A stretch of 64,000 bases of DNA from Deferrisomatales bacterium (GTDB lineage Bacteria; Desulfobacterota; Deferrisomatia; Deferrisomatales; JACRMM01), in assembly GCA_033551855.1 (NCBI GenBank), contig JAWSUI010000006.1, positions 43,189 through 107,188 of the forward strand. Reading direction: 5' to 3'. Each line of letters begins with the position of its first letter. Positions within the stretch are counted from its first letter, which is position 1. Position numbers and translations under genes: made by a program. Positions 58,369 to 64,000 of the stretch are shown piece by piece. Under the pieces are notes generated by a model that was given only the letters and a program-made list of their open reading frames with translations, ran no database searches and was not told the DNA's origin.

Positions 58369-58574
58369 GCTCGGGCACCGCCAGGGACGGCCCAGCACCC
58401 CCGGACGCGTGTTGAGCGATTTTGTCCGAGAGGAACTCTGCCTGGCAGGTCTTGAACAGGTCGGGGAGGAGGTCGTCGATCCGCTGGCGGTCCCGCTCTC
58501 GGAAGGCGAGAGTCATGACGTAGGACGCCGGGAGCAGGACCCGCTCCCCGACGGCGTGACCACCGTGCATCCGC

Positions 58575-58796
58575 AGGGCCACCTCCCGCTTGCGCGCCAC
58601 GCTCCAGCGCTGCCCCGGTGCCAGGGGAACCACCACCGCCGCGCCGCTCGCCGGGGTCACTCCGGTCGGCCTACGGCCTCCCTGCGTTCCCCCGGCGCCC
58701 CCTTCCTCAGGCTTGCTCTCTTCTCTCATGTCGTCCGCCTCCTTGGTCACAGTTCCTTACCGGAAATCCGTGTCCAAGAAAACCGGCGCCGCCGCA
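58575..58796 (-). mobile_element. IS3-family remnant: left end and truncated orfA
   Basis: The minus strand begins TGCGGCGGCGCCGGTTTTCTTGGACAC (TG terminus); the peptide GGRRPTG...GQRWSVARKREVALR matches IS3-type orfA N-termini; similarity ends near 58575. Confidence 0.65.
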
Positions 58797-58864
58797 GCAC
58801 TTGCACCAGCCCACCGGCAAACCGTGCCCGGTGGTACGGGGACACGATGGTGCGCTCGGCCAGA

Positions 58865-58892
58865 TCCGCGAACCATCGCACGGGTTCGCGGA
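58865..58892. terminator. Stem-loop downstream of ackA
   Basis: TCCGCGAACC-N8-GGTTCGCGGA perfect 10-bp stem; no U-tract. Confidence 0.4.
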
Positions 58893-58936
58893 GTCGAGAA
58901 AGGACTCGTCTTGATCGGCAAGCACAGGATCGGAGC

Positions 58937-60064
58937 TCATGAGGACCCCTCGACCTTCTCATCCACGCGGCCCCGAAGGCGGAGCACCTCCTTCAGGATC
59001 GTGAGATCTTCTCGAGCCCGAACGACGAGGACGCGAACCCGAGACGCCGGTGCGGCGACGTCGTGGTCGGCGTTGCTCGGCGCGTGCGCATCTTCGGGGA
59101 GCTCGAGTCCAGCAAACCGGAGGGCGCGCGTTGCATCCCGGCGAACGCGAGCGCTGTTCTCTCCGATACCTCCCGTGAACACGACCGCGTCCACACCTCC
59201 GAGAACGGCCGCCATCGCGCCCAGGGCCCGACGAAGGGAAAGGACGAAGCGCTCATAGGCGAGCTGCGCGCGCGACGAGCCTCCATCCGCGGCCTCGAGG
59301 ACCTCCCTCAGATCTCCGGAGATGCCGGACACTCCGCGAAGTCCGGAACGCTTCGTCAGAGTTTTGCGGAGCTCGTCAACGCCCACTTCGCAATGCTGCT
59401 GGAGGTAGAGAAGGACTCCCGGATCGACCGAGCCCGAGCGCGTGGCCATCATCAAGCCCTCGAGCGGTGAAAACCCCATGGTGGTGTCGACCGACCGGCC
59501 GGCTTCGACCGCCGTGACCGAGCAGCCGCCGCCAAGATGACAGACGATGAGGCGCGAGGGAGGGGCGCCGAGAAGGTCGGTCGTTCGCTCGACCGCGTAT
59601 GCCACGCTGAGCCCGTGGAAGCCGAAGCGGCGAAGGCCCCACCGCTCCGCCCATTCGAACGGCAGGCCGTAGCCGGCTGCTGCCTCCGGCAGGGTCGCGT
59701 GAAACGCGGTGTCGAACGCCGCGACTTGCGGAACCGTGGGAAAAGCGGCACTGACCGCGTCGATTCCCGCGAGCGAGGCATGCATGTGCTCGGGGTCGAG
59801 ATCGGAAAGTGCCGTGAGCCCTTCACGAATGCTCTCGTCGATGACGACGGCCTCGCGGAAGCGCGTGCCCCCGTGCACCACCCGGTGACCCGCGGCGTCG
59901 AACGTGGGCGCTTGTTCGAGCGCGGCCCGGAGCTGATCCGCGCGGGCGGCGCTGTCCTCCGCCGCCCACGGCTCGCTCCCGCCGGCGAGGACCGTCTTGT
60001 CGGCAGCAAGCACCGTCCACTTCACGCTGCTCGATCCGGTGTTGAGGACCAACACGCGCGTCAT
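58937..60064 (-). CDS. ackA: Acetate/propionate kinase
   Basis: LVLNTGSSSVK, GHRVVHGG, FDTAFH, RRFGFHGLS, HLGGGCS, DTTMGFSPLEGL, FTGGIGEN; alternative ATG at 60115. Confidence 0.95.
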   Translation of the reverse strand: MTRVLVLNTGSSSVKWTVLAADKTVLAGGSEPWAAEDSAARADQLRAALEQAPTFDAAGHRVVHGGTRFREAVVIDESIREGLTALSDLDPEHMHASLAGIDAVSAAFPTVPQVAAFDTAFHATLPEAAAGYGLPFEWAERWGLRRFGFHGLSVAYAVERTTDLLGAPPSRLIVCHLGGGCSVTAVEAGRSVDTTMGFSPLEGLMMATRSGSVDPGVLLYLQQHCEVGVDELRKTLTKRSGLRGVSGISGDLREVLEAADGGSSRAQLAYERFVLSLRRALGAMAAVLGGVDAVVFTGGIGENSARVRRDATRALRFAGLELPEDAHAPSNADHDVAAPASRVRVLVVRAREDLTILKEVLRLRGRVDEKVEGSS

Positions 60065-60098
60065 GGCGTGCCCGCACTCGCGTGACCTGCTCGCGTGC

Positions 60099-61433
60099 TC
60101 ATAGCCAACCTCCATGAAACCCCGCGGCCCGAAGTCCGCCCGCGATGTACTGGCATTTTCGCGTGAGCTGCCACAGCAAGCCGCTGCGATAATTTTCGAT
60201 CATCAAAATGATCGGTCCCTGGTTGAGCCCATAGTGCCACGGTGAGACCCACCAGCCGTAGGGATTGCCGACCGGTCCGGGGTGGGTCGGATTGAAGGAC
60301 GCCTTGAATCCGTACGAGTTGAATAAGGCCAACTTGGCCTGATGAATACAGTGGTGTAGAGCGGGCAACACGAGCTCGGGTGCAAATGGCAGTGATGCCA
60401 CCAACGCCCACGGCGCAAGGGTGCCGTCGTCGGGGCCGTACGGCACCCCGCGCGCCAGGTAATTGAAGAACTGGCGCTCGATGCCGTCTATCGCCATGGT
60501 GTCCGGACCGGGGCCGTCGCTAGCGGTAATGCCCCAGCAATGAGGGCCGTAGTCCTTGAAGTCGAGCGGGTTATCGATCGCGTACTGTTGTTGCACGTAG
60601 GTGGCACGGCGGCTGTTCTCGAAATAGTCGATGCCTTTGTCACGCATGAAAGCGTCCTGGATTCCACGAAAGTCAATCCAGACAGGGGAGAGCTGATGGG
60701 TAAATAGCGGGCCAGCGTACAGATACTCCTGTCCGTAATGGCGTTCCCACCGGTACGTGGAGGTCCACACCGCGTAGCTCTCTTCGGGCAGCGGATACGT
60801 CGGCGAGCCGAGCCCCAGGACATACAGCAGCAGCGCTTCGTCGTAGCCTTCCCACCGAGAGTCGAGGAAGCCGCTCTCTGGCCTCCAACCGTGCGTCACC
60901 GTCGCCCCATGGTTTTGCGCCCACTGCCAATCGGCGCGGCGATACAGCGCATCGCCGAGGTCGCGGATTTCGCGCTCGGCGGGCGTCTCGGCATCGAAAT
61001 ACGTCCCGGCCGTCAACGCGCCGGCCAGCAAGAAGGCGCTATCCACCGTCGACAGCTCGCACTGCCAGGCGCGACGGCCGGTCTGCATGTCGAGAAAGTG
61101 ATAGTAGAAGCCGTGGTAGCCGGTGGCGTCGGGCTCGGGGCCTTGCCGGCTGTTCCAGAAGAATCGCAACGTCGCGAGCGTGCGTTCCTCTGCGGCGGAG
61201 CGCGAGATGAAGCCGCGCTCCACGCCGACCGGATACGCCGCCAAGGCAAGGCCGGTAGCCGCGATACTCGCTGGCCAATCCTCCGCGGTCTTGTCGATCA
61301 CCAGGCCGTTGGCGGGATTCGTCTCATGTAAGAAGTATCCAAAGGTGTCACGCTGCAGTTTGTCCAGGTCGGCATCGATCCCCGGTGTCTCGTCGCTCAT
61401 GGCCGCTTGCGGCTTGCTGACCTGTTCAATCAC
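60099..61433 (-). CDS. GH144-like ('glucoamylase family') beta-1,2-glucanase, no signal peptide
   Basis: NGLVID, SIAATG, GFYYHF, ELSTVDS, WEGYDE, GPLFTHQ, DYFENS, WGITASDGP, DDGTLAP, MIENYRSG. Confidence 0.85.
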   Translation of the reverse strand: MIEQVSKPQAAMSDETPGIDADLDKLQRDTFGYFLHETNPANGLVIDKTAEDWPASIAATGLALAAYPVGVERGFISRSAAEERTLATLRFFWNSRQGPEPDATGYHGFYYHFLDMQTGRRAWQCELSTVDSAFLLAGALTAGTYFDAETPAEREIRDLGDALYRRADWQWAQNHGATVTHGWRPESGFLDSRWEGYDEALLLYVLGLGSPTYPLPEESYAVWTSTYRWERHYGQEYLYAGPLFTHQLSPVWIDFRGIQDAFMRDKGIDYFENSRRATYVQQQYAIDNPLDFKDYGPHCWGITASDGPGPDTMAIDGIERQFFNYLARGVPYGPDDGTLAPWALVASLPFAPELVLPALHHCIHQAKLALFNSYGFKASFNPTHPGPVGNPYGWWVSPWHYGLNQGPIILMIENYRSGLLWQLTRKCQYIAGGLRAAGFHGGWL

Positions 61434-62035
61434 TTCGCACCCGCGGTCGCCGCGACGCGGCCATTCCAGACGTGGATGACAGGCTCGGTGAGATCGTGAT
61501 CGTATCCAAGGACGCTCAGCGACGCGGTCGCGAGCAGCAGGCGGCGCCCTTCGATCGGCGCAAGCCCGATCCAGCGGGCGCCAAGAATCCGCAGGGCTTC
61601 ACGATGGCCGAAGAGGAGGACATTGCCGCCGCGTGCGCGAAGGCGACCGATGACGCGGTCGGCACGCGCGCCGACGGCCGCGAGCGTCTCGCCGCCCGGG
61701 CTGCCGTCGCGGAGAAGGCGCCAGCCGGGGCGCTCGACCTCGATATCGACCGTACGTCTACCCTCGTAGGCGCCGTGGTCCCATTCCAGCAGATCGTCGT
61801 CCTCCTCGACGTGAGCATGCGGCATCGCCAGCTCGGCCGTGCGCCATGCGCGCCGCAGCGGACTGGAGAATATGCGATCGAAGCTCAGCGCGGTGAGGCT
61901 CGGCCCGAGCTCGCGCGCCTGCCGCTCGCCTTCCTCGGTCAGTGGAAGATCGGTGCGGCCGGTGTGCTGTTCTGTCAGCGTCCACGCGGTCTCGCCGTGG
62001 CGCACGATGTATACCATCGGCAGCGCCTGGTTCAT
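61430..62035 (-). CDS. Histidine phosphatase (phosphoglycerate mutase family)
   Basis: [35 protein letters not shown] 62035 overlaps the xfp stop. Confidence 0.92.
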   Translation of the reverse strand: MNQALPMVYIVRHGETAWTLTEQHTGRTDLPLTEEGERQARELGPSLTALSFDRIFSSPLRRAWRTAELAMPHAHVEEDDDLLEWDHGAYEGRRTVDIEVERPGWRLLRDGSPGGETLAAVGARADRVIGRLRARGGNVLLFGHREALRILGARWIGLAPIEGRRLLLATASLSVLGYDHDLTEPVIHVWNGRVAATAGAK

Positions 62036-64000
62036 GTCGCTCTCCCGTCTGCGGCGCGTCTCGCGTCCCAGCGCCAGTCGCGGATTTCCGGCATGTCCTG
62101 ACCGTATTGGTCGATGTATCGCTTGTGCTCGATCCGCTTGTCCTTGAGCGCCTGCTTCAGGGCGATGCCTCTGGTCCCGGTCTGCGGCACGCGGTCGATG
62201 ACGTCCATGACGAGATGGAAGCGGTCCATGTCGTTGAGCACCGTCATGTCGAAGGGCGTGGTGATGGTGCCCTCCTCTTTGTAGCCGCGGACGTGGATGT
62301 TCTCGTGGTTGGTGCGGCGGTAGGTCAGCCGGTGGATCAACCACGGGTAGGCGTGGAAGGCGAAGATGACCGGCCTGTCCTTGGTGAAGAGCTCGTCGAA
62401 GTCGGTGTCGCTGAGCCCGTGCGGGTGCTCGGATTGCGGCTGGAGTCTCATGAGGTCGACGACGTTGACCACGCGGATTTTCAGGTCCGGAAGGTGCTCG
62501 CGCATGATGGAGACGGCGGCGAGCGTCTCCAGCGTGGGTACATCGCCGCAGCAGACCATGACCACGTCGGGCAGAGTTCCCTGGTCGTTGCTGGCCCACT
62601 GCCAGATGCCGATGCCGGCGGTGCAGTGCTTGACGGCGGCGTCCATCGTCAGCCACTGCGGGGCCGGGTGCTTGCCCGCGATCACGAGGTTCACGTAGTG
62701 GCGGCTGCGCAGGCAGTGGTCCATCACCGAGAGCAGACAGTTTGCGTCCGGCGGAAAGTAGGCTCGCACCACCTCCGCCTTCTTGTTCACGACGAGGTCG
62801 ACGAAGCCGGGATCTTGGTGCGTGAACCCGTTGTGGTCCTGACGCCAGACGTGCGAAGCCAGGAGGTAGTTCAACGAGGCGATCTTGCTCCGCCACGGCA
62901 GATCGGCCGTGACCGTCAGCCACTTGGCGTGCTGGTTGAACATCGAATCGACGATGTGGATGAACGCCTCGTAGGAGTTGAAGACCCCGTGCCGCCCCGT
63001 GAGCAGGTAGCCCTCGAGCCAGCCCTCGCATTGGTGCTCGCTGAGCATCGAGTCGAGCACGCGTCCGGTCGGCGCGAGAAACTCGTCGTTCGGCAAGGTC
63101 GCGGCGTCCCATTGACGATTGGTCACCTCGAAGACGGCTCCGAGGCCGTTGGAGACCGTCTCGTCCGGCCCGAAGATCCGAAAGTTTCGCTGCTCACTGT
63201 TGAGCTTCGCCACATCGCGCAGGAAAGGCCCAAGCACGCGCGTGTCGCCGATGCCGTGCTCCCCGGGTGTGGGCACGTCGGCCGCGTACTCGCGGAAATC
63301 CGGCATCCGCAGATCCTGGAGCAGCACGCCGCCGTTGGCGTGCGGATTCTTGCCCATGCGTCGCTGCCCCTCGGGCGCGAGCTCGGCCAGCTCCGGCTTC
63401 AGGCGGCCCCGCTCGTCGAAGAGCTCCTCTGGCCTGTAGCTCCTCAGCCAAGCATCGAGCAGCTCGAGGTGTTCGGGATGGGCGCGTGGGTGGAGCGGAA
63501 CCTGATGCGCACGGAAGGTGCCTTCCACCTGCAAGCCATCAACTACCTTGGGCCCCGTCCAGCCCTTGGGTGAGTTGAGGATGATCATCGGCCAGCGCGG
63601 ACGGCTGAGGTTGCCGCGAACCCGGGCGTCCTCCCGGATCGCCTTGATGTGCTCGACGGCGGTGTCGAGCGCCCCTGCCATCGCCTCGTGCATCAGCTCG
63701 GGCTCGTCTCCTTCGACGAAGAGAGGCGTCCATCCGTAGCCGCGGAAGAGCTGCTCCAACTCCTCTCGCGTGATGCGGGCGAGGAGCGTCGGGTTGGCGA
63801 TCTTGTAGCCGTTGAGGTGCAGGATCGGCAGCACGGCGCCGTCGGTGGCCGGGTCGAGAAACTTGTTGGAATGCCACGCCGTCGCGAGCGGCCCCGTCTC
63901 CGCCTCGCCGTCGCCGACGACGCAGGCGACGACGAGCTCCGGGTTGTCGAACACGGCCCCGAACGAGTGGCTGAGCGAATAGCCCAGCTCGCCGCCCTCG
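62032..64000 (-). CDS. xfp: Xylulose-5-P/fructose-6-P phosphoketolase; 5' end lies outside the window
   Basis: [71 protein letters not shown]. Confidence 0.97.
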   Translation of the reverse strand, partial: EGGELGYSLSHSFGAVFDNPELVVACVVGDGEAETGPLATAWHSNKFLDPATDGAVLPILHLNGYKIANPTLLARITREELEQLFRGYGWTPLFVEGDEPELMHEAMAGALDTAVEHIKAIREDARVRGNLSRPRWPMIILNSPKGWTGPKVVDGLQVEGTFRAHQVPLHPRAHPEHLELLDAWLRSYRPEELFDERGRLKPELAELAPEGQRRMGKNPHANGGVLLQDLRMPDFREYAADVPTPGEHGIGDTRVLGPFLRDVAKLNSEQRNFRIFGPDETVSNGLGAVFEVTNRQWDAATLPNDEFLAPTGRVLDSMLSEHQCEGWLEGYLLTGRHGVFNSYEAFIHIVDSMFNQHAKWLTVTADLPWRSKIASLNYLLASHVWRQDHNGFTHQDPGFVDLVVNKKAEVVRAYFPPDANCLLSVMDHCLRSRHYVNLVIAGKHPAPQWLTMDAAVKHCTAGIGIWQWASNDQGTLPDVVMVCCGDVPTLETLAAVSIMREHLPDLKIRVVNVVDLMRLQPQSEHPHGLSDTDFDELFTKDRPVIFAFHAYPWLIHRLTYRRTNHENIHVRGYKEEGTITTPFDMTVLNDMDRFHLVMDVIDRVPQTGTRGIALKQALKDKRIEHKRYIDQYGQDMPEIRDWRWDARRAADGRAT

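Noticed and set aside
58812..58862. GGCAAACC-stem-GGGGACAC resembling a c-di-GMP-I riboswitch
   Set aside because: The loop is CGGT rather than GNRA, the second stem is not evident, and no plus-strand gene lies downstream; an Rfam scan would settle it.
62036..63112. 560-aa ORF suggesting a phosphatase with a large N-terminal domain
   Set aside because: The extension is an alternate frame of xfp; the phosphatase starts at ATG 62035.

Overview
A GC-rich bacterial window with no rRNA, tRNA or CRISPR array. Gene content (desulforedoxin, 2-oxoacid:ferredoxin oxidoreductase, B12-radical SAM enzymes, CheB-CheR fusion, lmo0937/CsbD/BON proteins) suggests a deltaproteobacterial-type organism; this is inference. 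(1) 1-16860, minus strand: a tightly coupled lipid-biosynthesis cluster running off the left edge. It encodes a bacterial ceramide synthase (bCerS)-like GNAT, a permuted-papain-like His/Cys protein, a 2601-aa TE-less type I PKS/FAS with N-terminal tandem FabK-like barrels and an atypical ACP, a PPTase, a second GNAT, an ABC exporter, a B12-radical SAM enzyme, an extended SDR and a PAP2/IPC-synthase-like membrane protein. This is the best candidate for an undescribed system (a PKS-fed ceramide/phosphosphingolipid-like or amide-lipid pathway). (2) 17.5-20.4 kb: small stress proteins with sigma-54-like promoters. (3) 20.8-28.7 kb: a TPR gene cut by an IS1634 remnant, then a flavoprotein disulfide reductase and a sulfur-handling module. 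(4) 30-41 kb: a circularly permuted esterase lipoprotein, a signalling cluster of three kinases plus CheBR, and a second radical SAM gene. (5) 41-53 kb: desaturase, USP, cyclic beta-1,2-glucan synthase, LysE and a 151-bp MITE. (6) 53-64 kb: MipA, OFOR alpha/beta, desulforedoxin, an IS3 remnant and an xfp-phosphatase-GH144-ackA operon. All family calls come from motif recognition by eye; no searches were run.
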